Assembly (NCBI GenBank): GCA_964632205.1
Contig: CAZWBE010000002.1
Location: forward strand, 1 to 32,000
Length of the DNA: 32,000 nucleotides
Reading direction: 5' to 3'
DNA from: an uncultured Gammaproteobacteria bacterium
GTDB taxonomy: Bacteria; Patescibacteriota; Microgenomatia; UBA1406; GWC2-37-13
The notes beneath the pieces were generated by a model that was not told the DNA's origin, searched no databases, and saw nothing but the letters and a program-made list of their open reading frames with translations. Each line of letters begins with the position of its first letter. The stretch's first letter is position 1. Of the stretch, positions 6,679 to 16,222 are shown one piece after another. The translations under genes were made by a program, and so were the position numbers.

Positions 6679-7725
6679 ATGACCCTTACAGAAGTTTCAT
6701 ATTATACGCGTAAATTTTTACCATTTGTTTTTTTATTTTTTATTATTTTTCTAATATTTTTCTATGCGATTAAATTATTTTTTATTTATCTTGCCTCTCT
6801 TCAGCCGAAAAAAATCTACACCAATCCAGTTTTTGGCAAGATTAAAAAACCATATTTACCAGAAGCAAGCGGTAGCGCCGGTTTTAATTTTACCTTAGAT
6901 ACAATTGAGGGAAAGCCAATTACTGCTTCGGAATCAGCCAAAGTTTACTTTCTTCCTCCTTCTATTGCCCGTTTTGGTTACCGAGAGAAAATATATCTGA
7001 TGGCAAAGACATTTGGTTTTGATACGATGTTGGTAAAGCATACCTTAATTGGTAAGGAAGCAATTTTTAGTGATGAAAAGCAGAAATTAACAATTGACAT
7101 TACTAATTTTAATTTCCGTTATGATTATTATTTTGAAGAAGAAGTGGATTTGTTTTCTCAACCATTAATTCCTTCAAAAAAAGAGATAGAAAATAAAGCC
7201 ATCGATTTTTTAACAACGGTCGGAAGGTATCCCAATGAATTGGCGAAAGGAAAGATTAATATAAACCTAATGCGATATGACTGGCAAGAAAAAAAAATTA
7301 TTGCCGTTTCTCGATCCAATGAAGCAAACATAGTTGAGGTTAATTTCTATCGCCCAGATATTGAGGGAATAGCGGTTGTTACTCCAGGGTTTCCTTCCAG
7401 TCAGAATTATGTTGTTTTTACTTTTTTTGAAGAAGGGTTTAGAGTTTTGCGAGCTCAGGTGAAGTTTTTTGAAAAATCAGAGGAGCAAGTGGGTGTTTAT
7501 CCATTAAAAACAGGAGAGGTTGTTTGGGAGCAGCTAAAAAAAGGGCAGGGATTAGTAGTGTCAGCTCCATCGGATCAGAAAAATATTGTTATTAAAAATA
7601 TGTTTTTAGCGTATCTTGACCCTGATGTTTATCAAGAGTACCTTCAACCAGTTTATGTCTTTTTAGGAGAGCCAAATTTCATTGCTTATGTTCCGGCGGT
7701 TTCTGATGATTTTCTTACGGATTAA
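6679..7725 (+). CDS. N-terminally membrane-anchored hypothetical protein
   Basis: 348-aa ORF. One strong N-terminal TM segment (FLPFVFLFFIIFLIFFYAIKLFFIYL), then a soluble region with no motif I recognise. Confidence 0.6.
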   Translation: MTLTEVSYYTRKFLPFVFLFFIIFLIFFYAIKLFFIYLASLQPKKIYTNPVFGKIKKPYLPEASGSAGFNFTLDTIEGKPITASESAKVYFLPPSIARFGYREKIYLMAKTFGFDTMLVKHTLIGKEAIFSDEKQKLTIDITNFNFRYDYYFEEEVDLFSQPLIPSKKEIENKAIDFLTTVGRYPNELAKGKININLMRYDWQEKKIIAVSRSNEANIVEVNFYRPDIEGIAVVTPGFPSSQNYVVFTFFEEGFRVLRAQVKFFEKSEEQVGVYPLKTGEVVWEQLKKGQGLVVSAPSDQKNIVIKNMFLAYLDPDVYQEYLQPVYVFLGEPNFIAYVPAVSDDFLTD

Positions 7726-8617
7726 GATAGGCTAAGTTTTCTTCAGCCCAAAAAATAACTTTTTTTGTATCAGTAAAACGATCTTGGCTTTTAAGGATGA
7801 CAATAATGAGTTGATGACCATTTTTTTTATAAAAACTGACTAAATTTTCACCGGCATTTTCCGTATAGCCGGTTTTTACTCCACCAACACCAGGAATTTC
7901 ACCTAAAAGCTTATTCACATTAGATAACCGATGAAAGATTTTAAAATCAATATCAGAGATAGTAATTTCTTTAGTGGCGACGATTTTAGTTAAATACTCG
8001 TTGGAAAGAAGGGTTCGGGAGGCTAAAGCCAAATCAAAAGGAGAGGTTGTTTGTTTGATATCATCATAGCCAGCGGGGTTAACAAAATGGGAATTAATCA
8101 TTTTTAGCTCCTTAGCTTTTTTGTTCATCAGATCAATAAAATTTTGGTAACCAAAATTTTCAGCCAACGCATAAGCAGCATCATTGGCCGAGTGAACTAA
8201 AACTCCATATAATAAATTTTCTACCGTTATTTTTTCTCCTAAAACTAATCCCATTATTTGCCCATCGCTAATCACTTTATTAATGGTAATTATTTGATTT
8301 GGTTGGTAGACATCATAGGCGACTAAAGCGGTAATTATTTTTGTCGTTGAGGCAGGAAAAAATGATTTGCGGGAATGGCGCTCCATTATGGGAGTGAAGG
8401 AAGGATAGTCAACAACATAAACTCCTTGAGCGGAGATTTCCGGATAATAAGGCAATTTTAAATAGGGGACAGGATTTAATTTAATATTTAATTTTTTTTC
8501 TTGTTGGCTAAAAAGATTACGATTGTAAGCGAAAATACGAAAATAATAAGAATTACCGGGGTAGAAGAGAAAAAGAAGGGTATAGAAAACAAATAAAAAG
8601 TGAAATCTTAAAGACAT
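7715..8617 (-). CDS. D-alanyl-D-alanine carboxypeptidase (peptidase S11, PBP5-like)
   Basis: 300 aa. N-terminal signal/anchor, SxxK (ASTTKIITA), SxN (HSANDAA) and KTG (VKTGYT) motifs. Confidence 0.85.
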   Translation of the reverse strand: MSLRFHFLFVFYTLLFLFYPGNSYYFRIFAYNRNLFSQQEKKLNIKLNPVPYLKLPYYPEISAQGVYVVDYPSFTPIMERHSRKSFFPASTTKIITALVAYDVYQPNQIITINKVISDGQIMGLVLGEKITVENLLYGVLVHSANDAAYALAENFGYQNFIDLMNKKAKELKMINSHFVNPAGYDDIKQTTSPFDLALASRTLLSNEYLTKIVATKEITISDIDFKIFHRLSNVNKLLGEIPGVGGVKTGYTENAGENLVSFYKKNGHQLIIVILKSQDRFTDTKKVIFWAEENLAYLNP

Positions 8618-8713
8618 GAGTTTAATTGCTATTATTAATTTATTTCCCTTTAATCGAAAATATATTTAAGCGCAAAAAAAATTAAAAGGTTATTTTACAT
8701 AAAATAAGCTAAG

Positions 8714-10081
8714 TTATTTTAATTTAATACCTAACTCTTTTAACTGTTCTTCTGGTACTTCTGAGGGAGCGTTCATTACTGAGGTTTTTCCTCCTGATGA
8801 GGCAGGAAAGGCAATAATTTCTCTCACTGAGGGTTCATTCAAAATTACCTGAAGTATTCTATCAAGCCCTAAAGCAATTCCACCGTGGGGAGGTACACCA
8901 TAACAAAAAGCCTCTAATAAATGGCCAAATTTCTCTTCAATTTGTTTTTTTGTGTGACCCATAATTTCAAAAATCTTTGTTTGTAAATTAGGATCAGTTA
9001 TTCGAATTGAACCGCCGCCAACTTCAAAACCATTTAAAACTAAGTCATATTGGTCAGCTCTTACTTTTTCATATTCTTTTTTTTCCAATAAAGACAAATC
9101 TTCTTTTTTTGGAGCCGTGAAAGGATGATGGGTGGCATCCCAGCGATTTTCATTTTTTTTCCATTCAAAACAGGGAAAATCAACCACCCAGCAAAAACCA
9201 AGAATATACGGATCTTTCTTTTCTCTAATATCTGGTCGATCAGATTGATATTTTGTCATTGCCTCCTTATAGGTAATTTTTGGGAAAGGAACTCTCAAGA
9301 ATTTTTTTTCGGGAAAGACTTTTTTAATTACCTCTTGTAGTAAATTTTCAATTATTGAGACTATCTCTTCTTGAGTAGTGAATGATTTTTCTACATCCAG
9401 TTGAGTAAATTCACCATAGGCGCGGTCAGCGCGAGGATCCTCGTCACGAAAACAGCGGGCGATTTGGTAATATTTTTCAATTCCCGCCACCATCAAAAGT
9501 TGCTTGTATTGTTGAGGTGATTGGGGTAAGGCGTAAAATTTTCCCGGCTGCAGTCTTGAGGGAACAATGAAATCACGAGCTCCTTCGGGAGTGGCTTTAG
9601 TTAAGATTGGCGTTTCTATCTCAATAAATCCTTCCTTATCCATAAAATTTCTGATTTCTTTAATAAAATGGTGACGCATAATAAGATTTCTTTTCATTCT
9701 CTCTCGTCTTAAATCTAAATAGCGATATTTGAGGCGGACCTCTTCATCAATTTCGTAACCGCTGTTATTAATGGGTAAGGGCAGAGGTTTGGCTTGAGAG
9801 AGAATTTCTAATTCTATTGCCTCAATCTCAATTGTTCCGGTTTTGATTTTGGGATTAATAAGATTTTTAGGTCGCTCTTTCACCACTCCTTTAATCCTAA
9901 CCACATCTTCTGAATTTAATTGCCTAAATGATTTATTACCAACAATTTGAATTACTCCTGTTTTGTCGCGAAGATCAATGAAAACTATTTCCTTATGATC
10001 GCGTTTGCTGTTAATCCAACCGTAGACTTCAACTTCTTTTCCAATTTTGTCAACTGTTTCTTCTATAAATAAGGTTTTCAT
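8714..10081 (-). CDS. aspS: Aspartate--tRNA ligase, bacterial-type catalytic core without the GAD insertion domain
   Basis: 455 aa. N-terminal OB anticodon-binding domain, motif 2 FRDEDPRADRAYGEFTQLDVE, HHPFTAP, and motif 3 GGIALGLDR. Confidence 0.9.
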   Translation of the reverse strand: MKTLFIEETVDKIGKEVEVYGWINSKRDHKEIVFIDLRDKTGVIQIVGNKSFRQLNSEDVVRIKGVVKERPKNLINPKIKTGTIEIEAIELEILSQAKPLPLPINNSGYEIDEEVRLKYRYLDLRRERMKRNLIMRHHFIKEIRNFMDKEGFIEIETPILTKATPEGARDFIVPSRLQPGKFYALPQSPQQYKQLLMVAGIEKYYQIARCFRDEDPRADRAYGEFTQLDVEKSFTTQEEIVSIIENLLQEVIKKVFPEKKFLRVPFPKITYKEAMTKYQSDRPDIREKKDPYILGFCWVVDFPCFEWKKNENRWDATHHPFTAPKKEDLSLLEKKEYEKVRADQYDLVLNGFEVGGGSIRITDPNLQTKIFEIMGHTKKQIEEKFGHLLEAFCYGVPPHGGIALGLDRILQVILNEPSVREIIAFPASSGGKTSVMNAPSEVPEEQLKELGIKLK

Positions 10082-10120
10082 TAAATAATTTATAAATTAG
10101 CCATTAATAATTAGAGATTA

Positions 10121-10149
10121 ATTCTAATATTTTTTTTTCTGCTTGACAA
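10121..10149 (-). promoter_or_regulatory. Sigma70-like promoter TTGTCA-N17-TAGAAT upstream of aspS
   Basis: On the minus strand the -35 is at 10149-10144 and the -10 at 10126-10121, with an exact 17-nt spacer. It lies about 39 nt upstream of the aspS ATG (10081). Confidence 0.5.
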
Positions 10150-10236
10150 GATGTGCGAGATGTTATTGGGATATAAACAAATCCTACCCGACTGTTTTAC
10201 CTGATTAATTTTGAGTGTTTTAGGCTTGGTATTAAC

Positions 10237-11916
10237 TTAAAAGAGGATATTGGTTATTTTTCCTCGCACCTGATTTTCATCTTGCCAATAATTAATTTCC
10301 AGATTGTAAACAATATCAATGTTTTGTCCGCGTGACATTTTAGCAAAGTTAGAAGCGCCGTTAAAAAAAATTAATTCCAGAGGAGAAGAAAGATTATCGC
10401 TGACAAAAATTTTTAAGTGTTCATTCTTTTTACCAAAGATTTTAGCATTAACCACTTTTCCCTGACTGTAAAACGTCGGTTGCGGGTTGCCAACGCCAAA
10501 AGGTTGAAGTTTTTCTAGTGATTGTGTTAGTGAAAGAGTGATTTTTGAAAGGGGAATTTTTAAATCAACCTCAATTGTTTTTTCTAAAGTTTTCTCATCG
10601 ATTAAAGATGCAGCTAATTTTTGTGCTGACTGGTAAAATTTATCTAATTGTTTTTCCTCAAGAGTAAAACCGGCGGCTTGTTGGTGACCACCGACATCAA
10701 TTAGGTATTTTTTTAAAGTCCTTAAAAAATTAGTAATGTGAAAGTTGGGAATTGACCGGGCTGATCCCTTGAAAAAGCCATTCGTCTTAGTTAAAACGAT
10801 CGTTGGTCGGTAAAATTCTTCAGCGATTTTTGAGGCAACTAAACCAATGATGCCTTCATGCCACTTATCAGAAATTAAAATTAATATTTTATTTAAGTTT
10901 TTAATTTGTTTTTTTGCTTCCTCGACTGACTTTTCAACCAGCGTTTGTCTTTGAATATTTTTATTGCTGGCTTTACTGGCTAAATAGTGAGCTCGTTTTT
11001 CATTGGTAGTACATAAGAGCCGCAAGGCATCAATGGCATGCTCTAGTCGTCCGACCGCATTTATTCGGGGAGCGATAATAAAACCAATCTCATAAGGAGT
11101 GATTCTTCTACTTTCAAGGCCGGCTTCTTTGAAGATGTGTTTTAAACCCTGACGTTTTATTTTTCCAAATGCTTCCAAGCCATATTTAACTAAACTTCTG
11201 GTGGGGCCGATTAAAGGGACAAGATCAGCAATTGTTCCGATCGAGGCAAGGGCAAGATAATCATTCTCAAAGTTGAAAGTTAAAAGACCAAGATTGGTAT
11301 TTTCTGATTTAAAATTAGTAAATATTTCTTTAGCAAAAAAATAAGCCACTCCTGCCCCAGAAAGTTCTGGGAGGTGGAAAATAGCTTCAGCTTCGTTTGG
11401 GAGCGTTTCTGCTTTTAGATGATGATCAGTGACAATTACTTTCATACCTAATGATTTGGCGTAACTAATTTTATCGTTAGCGGTTATCCCATGGTCAACG
11501 CTGATAATCAATGCTGGATTAAACTGTTTCTTAATCGTTTCAATCCCCTTTATTGAAAATCCATAACCCTCTTTTTTTCGATCAGGAACATAGGGCATCA
11601 CCTTAAAACCGAGAAGATACAATGTTTCCCATAGAATTGCTCCTCCTGTTATTCCATCGGCATCATAGTCAGTGTAGACAACAATCATTTGATTATTGTC
11701 TTTTATTTGTTTGAGAGTTTTTGTGGTTTTTTGCCATTCTTTTTTAAAGCCAAAATCGATTAGGTTGATTTTCAAAGGTGAAAGGGGGGATAAAAATTCT
11801 TCTTTATCTTTTATTTTTCTGTTTTTAAGTAAGATGTTGATTATTTCTTGATCTTTTATCTGATCATCGTTTTTAATTTCGGATTGATATTTTATTTTCA
11901 TAGGTTTATTATCCAA
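10237..11916 (-). CDS. recJ: Single-stranded-DNA-specific exonuclease RecJ
   Basis: 559 aa. DHH-family motifs DYDADGITG, SVDHG and TDHH, a DHHA1-like GGHQQAAG, and a C-terminal OB-like region. Confidence 0.9.
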   Translation of the reverse strand: MDNKPMKIKYQSEIKNDDQIKDQEIINILLKNRKIKDKEEFLSPLSPLKINLIDFGFKKEWQKTTKTLKQIKDNNQMIVVYTDYDADGITGGAILWETLYLLGFKVMPYVPDRKKEGYGFSIKGIETIKKQFNPALIISVDHGITANDKISYAKSLGMKVIVTDHHLKAETLPNEAEAIFHLPELSGAGVAYFFAKEIFTNFKSENTNLGLLTFNFENDYLALASIGTIADLVPLIGPTRSLVKYGLEAFGKIKRQGLKHIFKEAGLESRRITPYEIGFIIAPRINAVGRLEHAIDALRLLCTTNEKRAHYLASKASNKNIQRQTLVEKSVEEAKKQIKNLNKILILISDKWHEGIIGLVASKIAEEFYRPTIVLTKTNGFFKGSARSIPNFHITNFLRTLKKYLIDVGGHQQAAGFTLEEKQLDKFYQSAQKLAASLIDEKTLEKTIEVDLKIPLSKITLSLTQSLEKLQPFGVGNPQPTFYSQGKVVNAKIFGKKNEHLKIFVSDNLSSPLELIFFNGASNFAKMSRGQNIDIVYNLEINYWQDENQVRGKITNILF

Positions 11917-12856
11917 ATAATTTTTTTTCTGTTTCTTCTTTTGATGAAAATTGGGTAGCGTTTAATTTTTGACCTAGCTGAAGGAAACTTTTTGATACTT
12001 GGCCTATCTGATTATAAGCATTAGTAATATGTTTGGTGAGAATTGATAAGGCTTCATTTGTTTTTTCATATTCTTTTTTAATGGCTTTTAAAAGGTTTAA
12101 GATTTCTTTGGCCTGTGTTTGAATCCGCGCTCCTTCATAGGACATCAAAATAGCTTTCATATAAGCATAGAAACTGATTGGTGAGACGGGTAGAACTCTC
12201 ATTTTGCCGGCAAAATCGAAAAGTTGGGCATTATTAATAATCTCATAATAAACTGGTTCGGAGGGGATATACATTAAAACATAATCAGTTGTTCCCTCAC
12301 TTACTTGAATGTATTTTCTTGAGATATCGGTGATATGTTTTTTTACATCAACAATAAACTCTTTTTTTGCTTTTTCTTTTTCATTTGAAATAGTTTCTTT
12401 TATCATTCGACGAAAATTATCCATAGGAAATTTTGCATCAATAGGAATTATTCCTTGAGAAGTTTTAATAATAGCATCAACTCTTTCTCCATTTTTAAAA
12501 GTATATTGAATTTTGTAAGAGTCTTGAGGAAAGTATTGTGCTAGTAGTTCTTTTAAAACCTGTTCGCCGATATTACCACGCAGTTTAGGTGAAGTGAGTA
12601 ATTCTTGAAGCTCTTGCATTGAGTGACCAATTTGCGAAAACTCACCGATTGACTTTTGTATTTGAGAGAGATGAAGGGTAAATATTTTTATACTTTCGGT
12701 TAATTTTTGGTCAACATTATTAGTTGAGGTTTTAAGCCATTGAATTAACTCATCAGAAAGTTTAGACTTTTGCTCAATTTGATTAAGCCAAAAGCGGATG
12801 ATGAAAAGGGTAATAACAAAAGCAATAATCAATAAAATAAAAAAAGTATCACTCAC
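11909..12856 (-). CDS. rmuC: DNA recombination protein RmuC (short form)
   Basis: 315 aa. N-terminal TM segment, a coiled-coil region, and RGNIGEQVLKELL and IPIDAKFP, which match RmuC conserved blocks. It overlaps the recJ start by 8 nt. Confidence 0.8.
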   Translation of the reverse strand: MSDTFFILLIIAFVITLFIIRFWLNQIEQKSKLSDELIQWLKTSTNNVDQKLTESIKIFTLHLSQIQKSIGEFSQIGHSMQELQELLTSPKLRGNIGEQVLKELLAQYFPQDSYKIQYTFKNGERVDAIIKTSQGIIPIDAKFPMDNFRRMIKETISNEKEKAKKEFIVDVKKHITDISRKYIQVSEGTTDYVLMYIPSEPVYYEIINNAQLFDFAGKMRVLPVSPISFYAYMKAILMSYEGARIQTQAKEILNLLKAIKKEYEKTNEALSILTKHITNAYNQIGQVSKSFLQLGQKLNATQFSSKEETEKKLFG

Positions 12857-12863
12857 ACAAAAA

Positions 12864-13754
12864 TTATATCAGATTTCCGCCACGAAAGATTTTTGGCTTA
12901 AGCCAATCCTGGGGAGTATTTTGTTCTGGTTGAGTCTCTTTTTCTACTACCTCAATTGGTTTGATGTTTTGAGTTTCTTTGATAGGGAAAGAAGGCGAGA
13001 ATTGTTTTTCTGGTTTTCTAAAAGTTTTTTTTATCGCTCCAGCTCGTAGAAGTTGGGCGGCATTTTCAAAAGTTTCGGCAGTCACAGAATAAGAAGTAAA
13101 ATTATTGGTAGCAGCACTTATTCCCGCATATAAATTGGTGGCCATATCTGGATCTATTTCTATATTAAGATTTTTAAGAAGCGTCAAAATTAGCTCTGAA
13201 ACAGAAGAAGAAGTTTTATTAACAAAATTAACAGTGCCAAAATGAGCGTTGGTTAAATGACGGTCGATATTGATGATGTCGCAGCCAACAAAAAGCTTTT
13301 GGTTTTCGTGGTAAAGATTTCCTAAACTGTTAAGACTAGGTACATCAATTGTAATTAAAAAATCAACCGCTCCTCCTGTATATGAATATTTAACTTGGGA
13401 TGGGTCAAGTTTTTGGTAACCGGGTCGGGGAGTAATAATTAAATTGAAAAAGTCTCCTTTGATATTATAATCTACCTTATCAATTCCTCCTTCAATATAA
13501 GGAAAAGAAATGACTAAACTATCACCGCTGGCGACTAAATTTTTTTGGATTTTATCAACACCGGTTAAATTGTGTTTAATTTCGGTATCACAAGCCAGGG
13601 TTATTGTTTTGCCTCCTTTATTTAGTCCTAAATATAAAGCAGTAGCGGCAGCCACGGCATCAAAAGAAGGATTAGTGGGTAAAAGGAGACTACCAGTTTT
13701 TCCTTTGTTAATAATTTCACTGATTCGTTGGAAAACGTTATTATCCTTATTCAT
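12864..13754 (-). CDS. DHH-family (NrnA-like) protein with degenerate catalytic motifs and no DHHA1 domain
   Basis: 296 aa. NPSFDAVAAA aligns with NPDGDAxGS, IDRH with IDHH, and SAATNNF with TDTGGF. A low-complexity tail replaces the GGGH-bearing DHHA1 domain. Confidence 0.65.
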   Translation of the reverse strand: MNKDNNVFQRISEIINKGKTGSLLLPTNPSFDAVAAATALYLGLNKGGKTITLACDTEIKHNLTGVDKIQKNLVASGDSLVISFPYIEGGIDKVDYNIKGDFFNLIITPRPGYQKLDPSQVKYSYTGGAVDFLITIDVPSLNSLGNLYHENQKLFVGCDIINIDRHLTNAHFGTVNFVNKTSSSVSELILTLLKNLNIEIDPDMATNLYAGISAATNNFTSYSVTAETFENAAQLLRAGAIKKTFRKPEKQFSPSFPIKETQNIKPIEVVEKETQPEQNTPQDWLKPKIFRGGNLI

Positions 13755-13758
13755 AAAA

Positions 13759-15210
13759 CTATAAGATAGATTTTACCACATCACCCACCCGTATGTCAAG
13801 AGAGGGAGAAAAAATCATTCCTGCTTCTTGACCTTTTTTAACTTCTTCTACGCGTTTTGCCCGAATTTTTAAAGAAACAAGTTTTGTTTTGCCAATAAAT
13901 TTATTATCACGATAGGCTTCTAATTCATCACCAAGATTGATTTTTCCCTTAACAACTTCGACGCCAAAAACTGGTTCTTTTTCAATTATAAAAGCAGCCA
14001 ATATTTTTGCCTCTCCTTTTAAATTTTTTTCTTTTTCTTCTTTTTCTATCAAGAGTTTTGTCGCTTCATTTAATTCTTTTTCTAGTTCATAGATTATATT
14101 ATAGGTTTTTATAATTACTTTTTCCTGTTTAGCTAAAGCAAAGACTTCCGATGGAGGGTTGATAGAAAAGCCTATGATAATAGATTTTGTTGTTTTAGCC
14201 AGAAAAACATCAGATTGAGTAATATCCCCCACTGCTTTTAAGATAGTTTCAATTTTATTATTTTTTTCCAATAATAAATCAATAGCTTCAAGGCTACCAA
14301 CAGAATCAGCCTTAATTATTAAAGAAAGTTTCTTTTCAGAAGAAACAGAGGAATAGAGTGATTTCATATCCACCTCTTTTTTGTAAGATAAAAAGAGATG
14401 GTTTTTCTTTTTCTTTTGGCTTGGTTGATTTTGAATAAGAGCGCCTACCTCAGGTATTCGTTTGAAGCCTAAAAGCTCAAAAGGAGTCGAGGGTAATACT
14501 TGGTTTAATACTATTCCTTGGTCGTTTATCATGGCCTTAATTTTTAATTTTTCTTCATCAGCATAAACAACATCACCAATTTTTAGAGTGCCATCTTTGA
14601 TTATTGTAGTTGCTACGATTCCTCTTTTGTCTTTTTTTGTTTCAATAATATAAGCTTGTGGTGGATGGTGAGGATTATATTGTAAATTAAGATCAGCGGC
14701 AAGAAGGAGAATTGTTTCTAAGAATTCCTTAACTCCTTTGCCAGTTTTAGCAGAAAGAAGGACCGTTGGGATTGAGCCACCTTTTTCTTCCACTAAAACT
14801 TCGTATTTTATTAAATCGTTTTTTACTTTTTCAGGATTGGCTTCGGGAAGGTCAATTTTATTTATGGCCACTAAATAAGGTATTTTTGCCGCCTTAATAT
14901 GAGCAATAGATTCAACTGTTTGGGGCATAACGGAATCTTTTCCATCAATGAGTAGGATTGCCAAATCAGCCACGTTAGCTCCCCGTGCCCTTAATTTTGA
15001 AAAAGCCTCATGCCCAGGAGTATCGATAAAAGTAATCCTATCAGTCTTGTAGCCTTTTATTCCAGTTTTAACTTCATAAGCGCCAATTTTTTGAGTAATA
15101 TTACCATGTTCCTTTTCAGCCAAATGGCTTTGTCTTATATAATCCAAAAGACTAGTTTTTCCATGATCGACATGACCTAAAATAGTTACGACTGGCGGCC
15201 GAGGAAACAT
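13759..15210 (-). CDS. infB: Translation initiation factor IF-2, starting at the G domain (no N-terminal region)
   Basis: 483 aa. GHVDHGKT 12 residues from the start, DTPGH, NKID, then IF-2 domain II and C1/C2-like regions. Confidence 0.9.
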   Translation of the reverse strand: MFPRPPVVTILGHVDHGKTSLLDYIRQSHLAEKEHGNITQKIGAYEVKTGIKGYKTDRITFIDTPGHEAFSKLRARGANVADLAILLIDGKDSVMPQTVESIAHIKAAKIPYLVAINKIDLPEANPEKVKNDLIKYEVLVEEKGGSIPTVLLSAKTGKGVKEFLETILLLAADLNLQYNPHHPPQAYIIETKKDKRGIVATTIIKDGTLKIGDVVYADEEKLKIKAMINDQGIVLNQVLPSTPFELLGFKRIPEVGALIQNQPSQKKKKNHLFLSYKKEVDMKSLYSSVSSEKKLSLIIKADSVGSLEAIDLLLEKNNKIETILKAVGDITQSDVFLAKTTKSIIIGFSINPPSEVFALAKQEKVIIKTYNIIYELEKELNEATKLLIEKEEKEKNLKGEAKILAAFIIEKEPVFGVEVVKGKINLGDELEAYRDNKFIGKTKLVSLKIRAKRVEEVKKGQEAGMIFSPSLDIRVGDVVKSIL

Positions 15211-15232
15211 ATAGTTAATAAAAAATATTAAT

Positions 15233-16222
15233 TTAACTTGCTTTATTTTTAATTTTTTCCTCCGAAGAAGTTTTGGTTTTTGTTTGAATGATATCTATAT
15301 CAAATTCGGTTAATTTTGAAGCCAAACTGACATTAATTCCTCCTTTTCCAATAGCCAGTGGGGCTTCTTTTTCATCAACCATCACCTTTGCTACTCGAGC
15401 TTTTTCATCAACTTCCACATTTGTTACTTTTGCTGGAGAGAGGGCGGCAATTAAAAATAATTTTATATCATTATTCCACTGAATAATGTCTATTTTTTCC
15501 ATTCCTCCTAATTCGTCGGTTACCGTCTGAACTCTTACGCCTTTTTGACCAACGCAAGTCCCAACTGGATCAACCCCACTTTGGGTGCTGTAAACAGCAA
15601 TTTTAGCTCGCTCACCTGGTTCGCGAACTACCTTTTTTATGATTACGGTGCCGTTAGCTACTTCCGGAACTTCCCTTTTAAAAAGCTGTTCGATTAATTT
15701 AGGATCAGTCCGAGAGACGATTATTCGAGGATTACCAAATTTATCATTAATAATTTGCTTTAAATAGACTATCAGGGAATTATTTAGTTGATATCGCTCA
15801 TTTTTTATTTGTTCTTCTTTCGGAAGAATTGCTTCTGTTTTTCCAATATCAAGATAGCAGTTGTTACTATCATAACGGATGATACGTCCGCGAATAATTG
15901 TTCCAATTTTAGACTTATAGTGATCAGTGACAGTTTTTTTTTCAACTTCTCTTATTTTTTGGAGAATGACTTGTTTTGCTGTTTGTGCGGCAATACGACC
16001 GAAGCCTGGAGGAGTTATATCATGATCACCTTCAAATATTTTTGTTTCTCCTGTTTCTCGATTGACTCTAGCATAAATTTTTCCTGTTTTTTGGGGATAT
16101 TCTCTTCTATAAGCAGCAATAATAGCTGCTTCAATTGAGGTGATAACATCATCTATTGAAATACCTCTTTCGGTGGCTACTTGATTTAAGGCGAGAGCAA
16201 ATTCTGATTTAATTATTGTCAT
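15233..16222 (-). CDS. nusA: Transcription termination/antitermination factor NusA
   Basis: 329 aa. N-terminal domain, S1 domain and two KH domains (GxxG-type VGQKGVRV and IGKGGINV). No C-terminal AR repeats. Confidence 0.9.
   Translation of the reverse strand: MTIIKSEFALALNQVATERGISIDDVITSIEAAIIAAYRREYPQKTGKIYARVNRETGETKIFEGDHDITPPGFGRIAAQTAKQVILQKIREVEKKTVTDHYKSKIGTIIRGRIIRYDSNNCYLDIGKTEAILPKEEQIKNERYQLNNSLIVYLKQIINDKFGNPRIIVSRTDPKLIEQLFKREVPEVANGTVIIKKVVREPGERAKIAVYSTQSGVDPVGTCVGQKGVRVQTVTDELGGMEKIDIIQWNNDIKLFLIAALSPAKVTNVEVDEKARVAKVMVDEKEAPLAIGKGGINVSLASKLTEFDIDIIQTKTKTSSEEKIKNKAS

Noticed and set aside
7715-7725. Convergent 3'-end overlaps (6679..7725 with 7715..8617 by 11 nt, and 25747..26367 with 26364..27707 by 4 nt)
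   Set aside because: Short tail-to-tail overlaps are common in compact genomes. I saw no evidence of frameshifting or regulatory significance.
10082-10236. Possible T-box or other leader RNA upstream of aspS, and a plus-strand TTGACA at 10143
   Set aside because: The leader left after the predicted minus-strand promoter is only about 39 nt, far too short for a T-box. I saw no specifier or antiterminator structure. The plus-strand TTGACA has no properly spaced -10 box and no downstream plus-strand gene.
13510-13764. Antisense or alternate-frame shadow ORFs in the track. These are 3031..3213, 5425..5646, 9125..9340, 12798..13049, 13510..13764, 15288..15482, 15788..16138, 18532..18759, 20742..20936, 21242..21436, 23851..24069, 25920..26141, 26612..26821, 26724..26924, 30725..30934 and 31288..31530.
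   Set aside because: Each lies entirely within, or largely overlaps, a well-supported conserved CDS. Their translations are low-complexity (L/F/I/S/K-rich), as expected of non-coding frames in AT-rich DNA.
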